NCBI RefSeq assembly: GCF_964355755.1
Contig: NC_092672.1
Span: forward strand, 2,356,001-2,420,000
Origin: Antedon mediterranea
Lineage: Eukaryota; Animalia; Echinodermata
Length of the DNA: 64,000 nt
Direction of reading: 5' to 3'
Shown here: positions 28,311 through 42,071 of the stretch, piece after piece
Numbering within the stretch: the first letter of the stretch is position 1
Layout of the letters: every line of letters starts with the position of its first letter
Notes under the pieces: generated by a model
What the model saw: the letters and a program-made list of their open reading frames with translations, nothing else
Database searches by the model: none
What the model was told of the DNA's origin: nothing
Program-made: the position numbers and the translations under genes

Positions 28311-30384
28311 GGGTAGTAACAAAGTGCGAGGCAGCGAGGCACGCGAGGCAGGGAAGGCATGCGAGGCAAGTCAGAAATTTATGCGAGGCATCGTTTTACC
28401 ATCATCAAAAAATGCGAGGCATCATTTTATCATTTCTCAAAATTGCAAGGCAGGAAATCACCGAAATTGAAGTAGCCTAGGCCTAGGCCCGCTAGGCTAG
28501 TTTCCTTTTGCACCTGCCTTGTAATTTAACCAAGGCTTTATCCTGAATACCACAGCTTAGAATTAGTAGGCCTACTTTAATGAAGAAAAATCACATAAAA
28601 GTAACAATAAATCCATTAAATTGGTGATTTTACAGACGTTGTTTTTCTCGCATTTCGCACACTCAATGTTCAATATTTTGGTTTCTATGGAACGCCAAAA
28701 GAGCAAAATTAATTAGAGGGCTAAAAACTCTGTGGAATCCATTTATATTTAACGCATTATTTGGTGAAAATCAAGTACAATTTCAATAGATTTTGTCACT
28801 GTCAGTAAGGAAAAATGATACTGTTGATAATGTACACGGTTTCGTTAACCTTTTAAAGAATAAAATAGAAAAATTCATCATAATATCCTTAGTAGGATGT
28901 CCTAGGTCTAGACTAGGTAGTGATGTTGATTTAGGATCGATTATTATTCTTTGAAAACAGAACAGTATCAGCAGTAACATATTACAACATTTTTATTGAC
29001 AAATTAACAAATATTTTGAAATAAAACGTGTTTTTCACCAATAAATGCATGAGAAATTGACGCATTCCACTGAGTTTTAGTCCTCTATTATCGTTGCTCT
29101 TTTGGCGCTCCATAGAAACAAAAATATTGAACATTGAATAAGTGAAATTCGCGAACAGTGTGCGAGAAACACGCCTGTAAAATCATTAATTTAAGGATTT
29201 ATTTGTTACTTTTTATGTGATTCTTTCATTAAAGTACTCATGAGGTATACTTCTAAGGTGTGGTATTCACACGATAAAGTTAGTTATCAAATTTGGAGTA
29301 AAAATATAAGCGAAGGAAACTAGCGCCAGGTTTATTAGTACGTACGTACATGGACAACAATAAATAAAAATCGTTCGTAATATACCTAGCTTACTAAAAC
29401 AGGAATAGTGTATCATTATTAAATATTACACCAATTATTATTTTATCAAAATTGATTAAACTATTTTCTACATAGGCCTTTATCTAGGTTGGGGCTAAGC
29501 ATATTAGCTAAAGTTTAATTTTAGGCCTAGTATTACAATTGTCGGACGTAAGTCTTTTTTCACACGCGCTCCAGAATTCTGTCGCAATTTTTTTCTTTGC
29601 GGCATGTTATTGGATCGGCATATCAGTTACCTTTTATTCACCGCCAGTTATTGAACTTGTCCTGGCAATCGCTGTTCACCTTATTTGCGAGAGAGGTACA
29701 CGTGTTGTTCCTAGAGAATGGAATGTCAAAAATGTCTTTGGCACGCCGCTCAGAGAGAAGTCTGTGCGTTGCTGCTGAAACCACGTGCTATAGGAGGGGA
29801 ATGCACCACAATCCTCTGAGCTGAGGGCTGAATCATTCCGCTACCTGCTAAATAGTAAAGAGGGATTTTCCATCTCTCGGGTCTACCGGATCTAGGCGCA
29901 GGGGTGTGACAAAATATTATTTTCACTCTGCTATGTTCGAGAGACATGTGAGTGAACACGCTCGAAATGCCAACAAACATTGCAGTCATTTGATGAGTGT
30001 GTCGCTATAACAATTATTGTTTATCGAAAGTTGAAGACTGTCGTTCAGATTTTTGAACCGTAGTTTGGGCACTTTTGTAAAAGTAAAATTTGACACGATA
30101 TGACTTGAATGAAAAAACAATCGTTATATAAAAATAAACAACATGATGAGTGTATACACGAATCTATTTAGATACGCTTGTATCGATTGATTATTAGGCC
30201 TATAATATAGCATAATAGCACGTTAAGATATGCCTCGCACCTTTTTGAAATTGTAAACTATATGCCTCGCATGCCTCGCACTTTTGGAAATGATAAAATG
30301 ATGCCTCGCACAAATATTATTTGGCATGCCGCGCATGCCTCGCTTGCCTCGCGTGCCTCGCTGCCTCGCACTTTGTCAACACTC
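28311..30384. mobile_element. Non-autonomous Mutator-like element with (GCGAGGCA)n subterminal repeats
   Basis: TIR ...ACAAAGTGCGAGGCAGCGAGGCACGCGAGGCA; TSD CACACAGC at 28303-28310 and 30385-30392. Confidence 0.8.
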
Positions 30385-31261
30385 CACACAGCTAGCCTAC
30401 ACTAACTGCACTGGGAGGGCCCAGCCTACTACTAGGCCTAGCTAGTAATAGGCCTTCCATAGGCCTAGGCTAGGCATAGTAGTAGGCTAGGGTGCTGGTC
30501 AACCCGTACCCAAACCAACCCGTACCCATGCCAACTCGTACCCAACTTGGCTAACCCGTACCCAAATAATTGGTCAACTCGTACCCACTTTGGCTAACCC
30601 GTACCCAAACCAACTCGTACCCATGCCAACTCGTACCTAAATATTTGGCTTACTCGTACCCAAGTATTTGGCTTACTCGTACCCATTATTTGGCTTACTC
30701 GTACCCATTTTTGGCTTACTCGTACCCACTATTTGGACTACTCGTACCCAATTTGAATAATTAGGCCTACTTGTAATGATTTGATCGGCGCAAAACTAGT
30801 GGTATGCTTTTGACGTATGAATATTTTTATATTTAAATTGTTTTTTTTATTTTACAGGTCTCGGTGAAATGTGTGCTAATAAAAATGACCATTGAATTGA
30901 TTGTAAACTTCGTTTAATTAGGCATATATTTATTAACATTTATTTAAATGTAGTATTATAGTTTTATAAACGTATGTTTGATGTGTCTTTTTATTTATTT
31001 ACGTAAGAACATTAATTAATAAAAAAATATTTTTACTGTTGTATAGTATTACAATTCAATTAAAAAGCCCAGGTAAAGTACCAACAACGTATCATTTTTA
31101 TACTTACCAATTTTTATTCTTATCACCTAATTATCTTCCCTGATTACATTCGATAATGGAGGTATACCTCCATGATTCGATCAAGTAATTATTGTTTCTA
31201 TTGTATTGGTATATTTAAAATTGATTGAATTAACAACGCCCTATTTTAATCAAAAAGCCCA

Positions 31262-31960
31262 CAGGGCTATGGGGTCGAATTACTCGTAGATTTCGTGTTA
31301 CGTGTTTTTGCTGACCGGGATTAACCTTTTATTATAAAAAAAAATGACGTATGATCGTTTTCCATATTTTATTTATTAATAATTCAGTGAAATGATCATG
31401 TACACGTACTGTAAAGTCTGCAGGGCTATGGGCGTAGATTTCGTGTTTTTGCTGACCGGGATTAACCTTTTATTATAAAAAAACACGCATTTATAGGGCG
31501 TTAAAGAGATGACTCATTAATGACGTATATGATCGTTTTCCATATATTTTATTTATTAATAATTCAGTGAAATGATCATATACACGTACTGTAAGGCCTG
31601 CAGGGCTATGGGGCGTAGATTTCGTGTTACGTGTTTTTGCTGACCGGGATTAACCTTTTATTACAAAAAAACACGCATTTATAGGGCGTCAAAGAGACGA
31701 CTCAGTAATGGCGTATGATCGTTTTCCATATATTTTATTTATTAATAATTCAGTGAAATGATCATATACACGTACTGTAAGGCCTGCAGGGCTATGGGGC
31801 GTGTGTTACGTGTTTTTGCTGACCGGGATTAACCTTTTATTACAAAAAAACACGCATTTATAGGGAGTCAAAGAGACGACTCAGTAATGACGTATGATCG
31901 TTTTCCATATATTTTATTTATTAATAATTCAGTGAAATGATCATATACACGTACTTTAAG
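31262..31960 (+). repeat. About 180-bp tandem repeat, ~4 copies
   Basis: cagggctatggg...gctgaccgggattaaccttttatta...aattcagtgaaatgatca at 31262, 31421, 31601 and 31787. Confidence 0.9.
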
Positions 31961-33614
31961 GCAATTAAACATTTTTGGCAGATTTTCTTCTATAACAGCT
32001 ACAGTGTGTAAAAAAAATAGACAACGCAATGTGGCGTACGATCGTTTTCTATTTTTTTTTCTTAAATAATTCAGTAAAATTATCTGTTTGTTTACAGCAA
32101 TTAAACATTTTTGGTAGATGTTTCCTCAATAACAGCTACGTGTTTTTGCTGACGAGGGATTCCCTTTTAAAAAAATACGCATTCTATAATATTCTACAAA
32201 TAAATGACCCACACTCGTTTTTCCATGGCAACGGATGTCGTCTTATTTACTAAAATAATATAAACGTTCTGAAGGCCTACCTACACGTGTCTGTGTACAT
32301 ACGTATCTGTCAGCGATAAGATGATTTTTTTTTAGTTTTATTTAGTAGTATTTTATTTCGGTTTTTAGTCATAATAATACAGTAATAATCATTATAAAAT
32401 GAAAACGTAATAACAGCAAATGTCGTCGTTTGTAATTAAATGTTAAATTATTGGAGGTTACCTTTTATTATTATTCTCACATCCATCATGTCCTAGGGAA
32501 TTTGTTTTAAAAACGGCAATAATCTACTTAGATTCATTATTCTAAAATGGTCCTTAGCAGCAAAAATGAGGCTGGTATCCACTTAAATAGTTTCGTGATT
32601 TTAAAATACGAGTGACTACTTAAAAATGTATTAAATATTTTCGAAATGTTAAAACAAAACTTGCAAAACAAAACAACAAAAACCATCTTTAAAACGACTT
32701 TCAAAAAGCACATTACTTCATTATCTGTAAAATAAAATGAAAAGTGTGTACAGGCTATTCGTAGTAAATAATAGATCAATAACTATTCATAAATGAAAAA
32801 AAATAGAATGCAGCACAGCCGACCACTGACATATCTTCCATGTAAAACAGCGCCCTCAAGTATTAATTTAACTACGACCCAAATACGATGAAATAGAGCT
32901 GTGCTTTTTTCGTACGAGTCTGTACATAAATTATACTTAGGTAAATAGTTTTTGCCATTATAATATCGAACATATGATCTAAAAATGTAATAAAACTGGG
33001 TTTAACTGTAATAGGCCTAGGGCCTATATAAATAGGCCTACGCCGTGGTTAGGATTCCGGCACCGGAACTCAACTGCCCACCGTTAGGGAATCCGACACG
33101 CTATTGCGCATGCTCAGAGCTCTGGGAAGTGAATAAGGCCAAAAAAAAAAAATAGTTTGTTTGCTGTCATCCGCCGCCCCTAATTTCGCCAAAAATTTGG
33201 GGCGGAAATAGAAAAAGTTTTTTTTTACGTTGAGGGCACTTTTGAAAAAAAAGTTTTTTTTAATGATTTTTTTTGGCCGAAAAGGTGTAAAAATCGAGTG
33301 TGCGAGAATGAAACAATAAAAATAATAACGTAGCGTATATTTCGGTGTATAATCGCACTTTTGACACGCAAATTTAACCTCTAAATTAAGGGTGCGTCTT
33401 ATACACCGAACATAAATGCCTCAACACACAGATATCGCCACCTCGTTGGCTAGGCCTGGGCTTTTTAAAGGTAAGGCCTAGGCCTATTAGTATACTAAGT
33501 CTAAAGAGTAGGCCTAGCCTAGCTACAGTGTACTAGCGTAACAGCAAACTGCTAGTTTTCAAGGCATTTTAGCGTGATTTTGTACTAAATATGATGAAAA
33601 GATTTGTTCATTAT

Positions 33615-33735
33615 TGTAGTGTATTGACCACATACATCATACTGTAAATAGTGTTGCCGCCCTCTGTTGTTCATTAAAGCAATCTCTCTCTATAAAATGG
33701 ATACCGAGCCTGAGTCATGTGTATGATACATCACA
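33615..33735 (+). repeat. 5' LTR (121 bp)
   Basis: Identical to 44853-44973. Confidence 0.95.
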
Positions 33736-35683
33736 ATTGGCGACGAGAATATAACGGAAAGCGCGTCAATAAGAAGATTAATCTGTGAGTAAGAATATTC
33801 AATAGTTAATATTCTACAATCTGCTAAGATGAGTACTATAATTGGTAGACTCGATCCGTATGACGGCGAGGCAGAGGACTGGGCCTCCTATGTGGAAAGG
33901 TTAGAGGCATATTTCATGGCAAACGGCGTGGATGACGACAAGCGTGTACCTACGTTACTCAGCTTGATAGGGCCTAAGACTTACGGTCTTCTGAAGAACT
34001 TAGTAGCACCTGATTTACCATCAACCAAAACATTTCCGGAACTTGTGGATTCGTTGGAAAGGCATCTGAGTCCTAAACCTCTAGTTATAGCTGAAAGATT
34101 CAGGTTTCACAAACGTGAGCAGCATGAAGGTGAAACAATCCAGGCCTATTTAGCGGATTTACGACGCCTCACCAAACACTGTGAATTTGGAGCACAGCTA
34201 AATGACGCCCTGCGGGATCGTCTTGTTTGCGGAATTAGGTCAGGCAGTATACAAAAAAGACTGTTGGCTGAGGCAAAGCTTACATTAGCGAAAGCGCTAC
34301 AAATGGCAGTTGCTATGGAAACTGCAACGAAGGATGCTTCGCTACTACAACAACAGTTTAAAGAAGAACCACAGAGTACTGTGAACAAGATAAACGTGAA
34401 ACACTATAATAAGCAGCAATTATGTTATCGCTGCAACAAGGGTGGTCATAAGGCAAACGACTGCCGGTACAAAGAAGTTGAGTGCCATAACTGTAAAAAG
34501 AAGGGACATATCAAGGCTGCATGCCGGAGTAAATCAAAACAAACACCACACCAAACTAAGAAGGGTAAGCGAGTGAATGTTGTTGATGAAGAAGAAGACA
34601 ACCTTCTAGCTATGGTGTATGTTAATAATGTAGACGTTGGGAAATCAGTGAAGATAAAACCAACGATAGATAATATCCCATTGGACATGATAGTGGATAC
34701 TGGCAGTGCACTCTCGTTGATTTCGATAGAAGATTTTGAGAAATATTTTAGGAATACAGACTTGTTGCCGACCAAAGTTCAACTTAGAACTTATACTGGA
34801 GAAGAAGTAAAGACAAAAGGGTATTTGAAGGCCAAAGTAGAATACAACGGACAGAAACACGATGGAAAACTATATGTAGTAGAAAGAGGTGGACCCCCGT
34901 TGTTTGGTCGTCAGTGGTTGACACATATCAAGTTAGACTGGGCCAGCATCTTCACAGTGAAGGCTGACCACAACAAAGCTGATGTACCAGCAATACTGAA
35001 TAAATTTCCAAAACTCTTTAACAAAATTGGAAAGGTGAATGGGGTAAAAGGTAAACTTACCTTACAGGATGGAGCACAACCAGTTTTTATTAAGGCAAGG
35101 AATGTACCATATGCACTTCGACCTGCAGTTGAAGCCGAATTAAGGAACCTCGAGAGTCAGGGAATCACCACCCCGATTCAAACTAGTGATTGGGCAACCC
35201 CAATAGTGCCTGTACCAAAAAGTAATGGAGATGTCAGGTTGTGTGGAGACTACAAAGTTACAGTAAATCCAAAGTTAAAAGTGGACTGCTACCCTCTTCC
35301 AAGAATCGAGGATGTTTTCGCAACCTTAGCGGGTGGACAGAAGTTCACAAAACTAGATTTGAAACAAGCATATTTACATTTAGAGATGGAAGAAGAATCC
35401 AGAAACATGCTGACCATAAATACACACAAAGGGCTATTCCAGTTTAATCGACTAGCGTATGGCATTGCATCTGCTCCTGCCATATGGCAGCGGACCATGG
35501 AACAAATCCTGAATGGTATTCCGGGAGTCCAGTGTCTACTTGACGACATGATTATTACTGGCACTACTCATGAAGAACATTTAAGGAATCTAGAAAAAGT
35601 ATTAAAGGTTCTCAGTGATAGAGGACTGTGCCTCAATGACAAGAAGTGTGAATTCTTCAAAGAAAAGGTCGTTTTTTGTGGTC

Positions 35684-35713
35684 CACGGCAGTTTCCAGCG
35701 AGACAAAAAGTGG
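35684..35713 (+). repeat. Left end: RSS-like CACGGCA-12 bp-ACAAAAAGT
   Basis: Read directly: CACGGCA GTTTCCAGCGAG ACAAAAAGT GG. Confidence 0.85.
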
Positions 35714-36914
35714 TGAGCCCTCTATAGTTTCGATGCTCGCTTTTTCTTATTTTATGTTATAGAGGGCGCTAGTTTAAATACCCGGAAGACTATTTTTAAT
35801 ACCCTGGTAAAAGAGAGGGATTAACCTGCCAATAGACAGTGTTATAATTGAAAATTTAATGAATATTCATGTTATATTCGAAGAAGAAGGCGTGTAATTG
35901 ATATTCGAAGCCAGCGGTCACTCCGTTTCTCAAGACTTCACGAGATATGAGTATTGAAATCTTACGTCTATTTTGCGACAAAAAACAGTAAAAAATAGCA
36001 GTTTAATTACAGGGTAATGGTGAGGTTATATATTTTTTTTGCAATTTACATAAACATCGGCGCCTAGTCGATGTGAAAATTCAAAAACTTGATAAACAAT
36101 ATTTAAAAAATCTCGCTGACGTCTAATCCAGTTTAATAATTATATACACAGAAAGTCGGGGCCCATTTGCCTGTTTTGCACACGTGGGTGTGCTGCTAAA
36201 GGCCTAGGCCTAACAAAGGTTTGTCACCTAGTACTAGGTTTAAGCCACGAAAAATAAATACTGTATAGGCCTAGGCCTAGAATAATATACTCTTAGTAGG
36301 CCTAGCCCAAGTATATGTCGTTAAGAGGGGAAATCAGCAGGGCCAGGCTTAGTAACAGCTCTATCTAGCTAGGCTAGGCCTAATTTTTTAATATGGTACC
36401 ATCAAGACATAGGTAGGCCTAGGAGGATAGGTATACTTACTAACTAGCTTTCATGAGGGCCTAAGTTATTCTACAGTAGAAAATGTGAAAATATCATAGT
36501 CTATCTTCCTATGGCTTGAATATTACTAAACTATGGCAGCAACAGCATTGCATTTGTAGAATAAAAAATAAAATTTTGATTTTAATTTTGACAGTATAGT
36601 CCTAATAATAATATAATATTTCATCATGTACTTCAATCGCTAGTCCACCATTTTTTTAAATAATGATGATAAATATTTATAATTCAAAAATTGTACTACA
36701 GGTTCCAAAAATACCACCAACACAAACAAGTACGACTACTTTATTGATGCAAGTGTGGTTCATAAGAGAATCCATAATAAAGAAGAAGATGGCACTCCGT
36801 CAGATTTATCAGTAAGCCTATATTTTCTTTTATTTCGTATTCATTGTCGTGTACTTTATTCTTCTTTTTCTGAAAAATATAAACAGGTTTATTTAATTTT
36901 TGGTGAGCAGGGAG

Positions 36915-39900
36915 CTAAAAAGCACAAATAGTGTAATCAATAAAGTGTAAATTGTTACCAATTTTTCTTCTTTTGGGTTCAACTATTTCTTCTATTATGC
37001 ATGGCTGAGTGGTAATTGCATGTGACCGCATCATGGATGTTAACTGTCCAAGTCTGTCATGCATCCCAGCAACTGTTCTTTTCCTTTTATTAAGCGCGGC
37101 GTGAATAGACTCCCCACCTTGCTCGCTAACCAGTCCCAGACCAAATCTCCAAGCCTTTAATTGGGGAATGACATGTTCCTCGAGCATATGTAATTTTGGA
37201 GATATACTTTTGTTGGTTTTTCGATATTCCTCCATAAAGTCTTTTATGGCTTCATCTGAATTTTTTTTGTAGAAGAGAAAAGAAACAGTTGCAGTGTATT
37301 GTAGGAAAAAAAAACAATGGCATGTCTAAGGAATACCTTGAAAGGTAAGCATAATTACATTACCATTTCCTTGAATATCAACATCTGTGACAGGTTTTGA
37401 ATGATTCAAGTTGTTGTGAACCCTAGAAAATTTTGAAAGGAGTGCATCGTACTTGGTGACCAATTCTTTTACTCTTTTGTCAATTAGCTGAATTTTTCCG
37501 ATAGGAATCTCAGCTTCTTGAATTTTCATTTCATGTAGTGGAGCATTCACTAGTTCATTCCTAACATGGTCCTATTAAAAACAAATATACATTTTAAAAA
37601 CTACAATTTTAATAATTAACAGTTGAAACAATATCAATTAAAAGAATAGTTAATTTACCTGGCAACATTTATGAACATGGTTACCAATAAATGATTTACC
37701 ATGATAGGCTTGCCGTTGGATGCGATTTTTTTGTAGCACACGCTCCAGTGATGTGACAATTGGACCCGTTCCAAATGGAAGCCCATTTTCCATGCATTTT
37801 GTCTGTAAAATAAAATATAATACAAGTTTTGGCTTTAGAGTATGTGTCTGGCAAGACGCATCTATGTCATTTATTGTTTGAGTAACTTACCAGTGACTCA
37901 ATCTCTTCTCTCAATTTGACTATCTTTCCCACATTGGTAATGATGCTACCATCAACACTTCCTTTAAGATAGATTAATGGCATTGCATCCTCCATCTCAG
38001 TCAACTTTAATTTCTTTTCTTCAATCTTTTCTTTGATATCAATTTGTGTTTGGATCTGATGTTGAATTATTTTATCAAACTTTGATTCAGAAGTGTCATC
38101 AAGTTCTCCATTTTTCCTTAGGGAATATATGAGGCAATCTATGCTGTGCGCCTCCGTCTCAAGCATATCAAAGAGCTTCTTGAATATGCCCAATGACAAG
38201 TGCAGGCTAGGAACAGACACCTAAAAGATATAAATTTTAATACCAACAGTGCCATATAATGAAGTAAGTACATTTGTTTCTCTAATATAAAGATAATTAA
38301 AAACAAAACTGATGTACTTACATGATCTACCTCAATTGATACTAAGGGATTATTAACAACGCTCATGGAAACATCCTTAGATCGGCTTTCAATTCCGCCA
38401 TCTTCCATAAACATTCTATAGTTGGCTCTGATTGAAGCCAATGATCGCTGTTTGGCGGGTGGTGCCTTTAATTGCATTTCTGCTTTTGGTTTTTCACAAA
38501 AGAGACAGCAGTATCGAGCTAAAAGTATTCAAATTTTTTCACAATGTTTAAAAATGCTAAAATATGCAGTAATACAGTATAAATAAAATTGGCTTAGAAA
38601 GATTTTGTATAAATTAAATGATGATAAAATAATTTAATAGTTTACCATTTGGTCCATTTAATCCATAGAGTTTTGTTAGATACTCATAGTCCCCAAAACA
38701 GAAAACTCTCAGTGTGTAATTGCTGAAAGAAATTATACATATATTTTTATTTTATTACTTCTATACGCATCCACATAATTGTTAAGTTGATATACTAGTT
38801 GTATTCTTACCGCCATTTTTCCCCGTTCAAAGCAACAACTTGGTGGGCCACTTCCGGAAGAGTCCGGTTAATATTAAACATCATGTCAGGGGCATCAAAT
38901 ATTAGTACGACGATGATGTTGTTAATTGAATTTGGTTTGGCGAGGCTACATATCTGTACCTCAAATTTGGTACTTCCACCTCCCTTATCCCCGCCAAACT
39001 TTATCCAAACCTCGTTATTATTGGGAGATAGGTTGTTCAGTCTGTAAAAAAATTTAGTAAATATTAATTCAGTTTTTAATTAATTTCTTTTAACTTTTAT
39101 TTCCATAGCAAATCCATAGGAACAAAAGTAAAGTCCTAAAAAGTAAGTTCTACACTTTGTAAGCACATATTAAAATTTAACTTCAGCGTACCTTGAGTGT
39201 TCATCAAGATATGAAAATACAACTTTTTTAATGTTTTTCAGTTTGACAGTAGGCGTTGATCTTAATTCTATCCCGTCTGGGGACGTCTCAGACCTAAAAC
39301 ATAGCATTTCCATTGTGGATTCAAAATAATCCCCAATGAGATCATTTTGCCGCTGCCGCATCCTTTTCTCTGATGGTATTGTCCCCTTCTCCACATATCT
39401 AGTACATAAAAAGGATTAATAATGTAGTCTCGCTTTATTACTAGACATACTTGACTGTGTCTAAAATGCCTGTATTCATGCATGGTTTTATTTAATCACA
39501 TAATTGTTTGTTTACCTTCTTAGCTTTCGTAGCTGGTTCCATGCCAGATGGCAGTCTGACACCATTGCCAGAGCCTTATCTGTATCTATAGACGAAGTTG
39601 ATGCTATGTTGGCTGCTTTTAAGACCGCTTGACTCGTATGTTTGGCTGAGTACACTTTTTGATGGAAATCACCAGCCTCACTATTGCCAACTGATTTTAT
39701 GATGCTGCTGATGCTATTTGCTCGTCTTGAAACAGTTCGAGAACTGGCCTTATCACTTGAGACTTTGGTGTTTGGTATGATAGCAATCTTTGCTGGCTGT
39801 AGATAAGAATTGTATTTGTATGTTTTATGCTAACAATTCTGTTATAATAATATTAATCTACTTTTTATAACATGCAATATGATAATTACAGAATTTGTTT

Positions 39901-40740
39901 TAAAGCACTCACCCGACCATTTGTTGCAATCAGCATTTCCTTACTTTTCTTTAGTTGATTGTAAACAACTTTTTCTGCAAACGTTTGTATTGTTTGGGAG
40001 ACATGACTATCTTCTAGTGATTTCTCTAACACTGATACAGCTTTTGAAACATTATGATAAACCACTTCTTTAGTTGTCTGGTGTTCACAAATATGTCTCT
40101 GATGTTGAGAGTATTTTATGAACTTATTGCACGAGCATTGTAATTCTAGTGATTTTAGAGACTCTATTACAATTTGGGAGGCGGGTTTAAATTCCAGCAT
40201 GTGCATTGGCTTTGCGCACACAAGACATGAACATACGTTAACATGGAGGGTACTAAACAAATTATACATACAACTAGAACAATAGTGATGTGAACAGTTT
40301 GACTCAAGACTGTTGAAAGACAAAATCGAGTTGCATATTTGGCAAATGAAAGGTTCAGAATTGATTTTGTCATTGACTGTAAATTTTGATGGAATAACGT
40401 CACATTCTGTTTCAGAAAATAATGTGTTGAGTTTTACTTGTTTTAGTCTCTTACCTGGTTTTGACTGTTCTGATAATAAATAACATGTGAAACATGATTG
40501 TTGTGTGTGTTGTCTCCAGATGTACCTTTGAGTTGTGCTAACCTTGTTATAGCTTGAAAATTGACAGTTCTTGCAAATGAATGGTGGATGTACATCTTTG
40601 TTTTCATGGGTTAAATCGATATTTAAAAATGTCAGGACGCTATCTTTTACTTTAGTTAGGTCAAATTTTCGCTGATTTCGTGTTAACTTGACACCACATA
40701 CACGACATAAATTACTCAATGCATATGTATGGTACTCCAT
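36915..40740 (-). CDS. RAG1-like (Chapaev-type) DDE transposase, ~947 aa; exons 40740-39913, 39796-39516, 39398-39192, 39041-38811, 38722-38646, 38518-38322, 38220-37891, 37802-37659, 37571-37364, 37255-36915
   Basis: Nine GT-AG introns with compatible phases and no internal stop. N-terminal H..LCRVCG..HP..C..C..W..H..C..C domain, C3HC4 RING, C2H2-like finger, NGR|P motif; core WIKFGGDKGGG, FGDYEYL..GL..YCCLFC, SLHLSLG, FIGNH, KLHMLEEHV..GLVSEQGGES, colinear with RAG1 core motifs. A short alternative last exon at 36869-36856 is possible. Confidence 0.9.
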
Positions 40741-41362
40741 TTCACAAGACAATAAATAACAGTAACATACCACATACAGTCAATGCAAAACCAATACACA
40801 ATTCTTTAAAAAATATATAATTAACTTTGCCCTAGGCCTATTTTTACCTATAAAATCACTGGAATTTTGAACAGAAATAAGTCAATTTCAAATTTAGCTC
40901 AAATCAATTTGAAAGTAGACGTCAGCCTGAATTTTGAGCTAAATAAAGAATAAAGTCTCCGCTTTCACTTGGAATTAACGGTGTTGCTCGAAAAAATTGC
41001 AGAGATTTGCTATCAGACGATCAAAAGCTTGAACTTACCGCGACGATAAACTTTCGCCGTGAGGGCGCTATTTATGTATATTTTCAGCTTTTGAAACTAT
41101 CGCAAACATCGTTAAAATTTCGCTTTTTTAATAATATTTTTTAATCCTAGACAATTTTCCCTAATACAAAATACAATAATAAAGCAAACACTGTAAGATT
41201 CGAGGAAAACTTTATTAATTTGTCATTGTAAGACTGTATTTACTTCGTATGATACACTCTCTGTTTATAGCTAGCTAATGTAAACATTTCGCTCGATGTT
41301 GGTGGGCTATAAATAGCTGCTCAAGGCTCGCGCCAGGCGTATCAATCAAAAGCGCGTTGTAA

Positions 41363-41401
41363 ACACTTTGTGTCTCGGATATCGCGTTTGAAACTGCCGT
41401 G
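41363..41401 (-). repeat. Right end: RSS-like CACGGCA-21 bp-ACACAAAGT
   Basis: Reverse complement reads CACGGCA GTTTCAAACGCGATATCCGAG ACACAAAGT GT. Confidence 0.85.
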
Positions 41402-42071
41402 GGTCATGTGATAGATAAAAATGGATTACATAAAACTGAGGACAAGATTGAAGCTGTTAGAAATGCTCCCAAACCTACAACCGTAAGTGAACTCAGATCA
41501 TTCTTGGGATTGATCAACTATTACCATCGATTCCTGAAAGACTTAGCTACAGAAATTCATCCGTTGAATAAACTGTTAGAGAAAAAGGAAAAATGGACAT
41601 GGACAAAGGATTGCGAGATGGCGTTTAATAAAGCCAAACAACTTGTGACTGCAAATAATGTGTTAACACATTATGACCCAACATTGCCTGTTAAGCTAGC
41701 TACAGATGCTTCTCCATATTGTCACACAACATTGATGGAGTCGAACGACCAATCGCCTATGCATCGAGGACCTTGAGCGCAGCGGAGAAGAATTACTCTC
41801 ACATTGATAAGGAAGCTCTTGGCATAGTATGGGGAGTAAAGAAATTTACCAGTTACTTGATTGGTCGAAAGTTCACCTTAGTTACAGACAATAAACCACT
41901 TACGTACATCTTCAATACATCGAGGGCTATTCCTGCCACAGCAGCTGCAAGATTAACTCGCCAGGCAATTTACTTGTCAGGATTCAATTACGAGATTGAA
42001 TACAAGAAAGGTGAAAACCACAAAAATGTAGATGGACTTTCATGACTACCATTAGCAAATACTGAAGCTAA

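Larger units (their letters stand above)
35684..41401 (-). mobile_element. Nest level 6: RAG1-related DNA transposon (Chapaev/N-RAG-TP-like), 5718 bp, apparently autonomous
   Basis: CACGGCAGTTTC...GAAACTGCCGTG termini; 4-bp TSD GGTC (35680-35683, 41402-41405) confirmed by restoration of the Gypsy RT frame; contains an intact spliced transposase gene. Confidence 0.93.

Noticed and set aside
30497-30750. CRISPR-like array or ORF 30570-30764
   Set aside because: Repeats of 16-21 bp with no unique spacers; subterminal repeats of a eukaryotic transposon.
33829-35727. 632-aa ORF as a complete gene
   Set aside because: Gag-pol truncated by the insertion at 35684; the last residues are read from the transposon end.
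35714-36850. Possible RAG2-like gene convergent with the transposase (ProtoRAG layout)
   Set aside because: About 1.1 kb, AT-rich, no ORF of 60 aa or more and no kelch or PHD motifs.
41363-41401. Reading the right end as a perfect 23-bp-spacer RSS
   Set aside because: At 23 bp the nonamer is ACAAAGTGT (5/9, lacking the A-tract); alignment with the left end supports 21 bp.
35679-41406. Calling the element ProtoRAG or Transib with a 5-bp TSD
   Set aside because: Flanks TGGTC and GGTCA share only GGTC, and only a 4-bp TSD restores the Gypsy frame.
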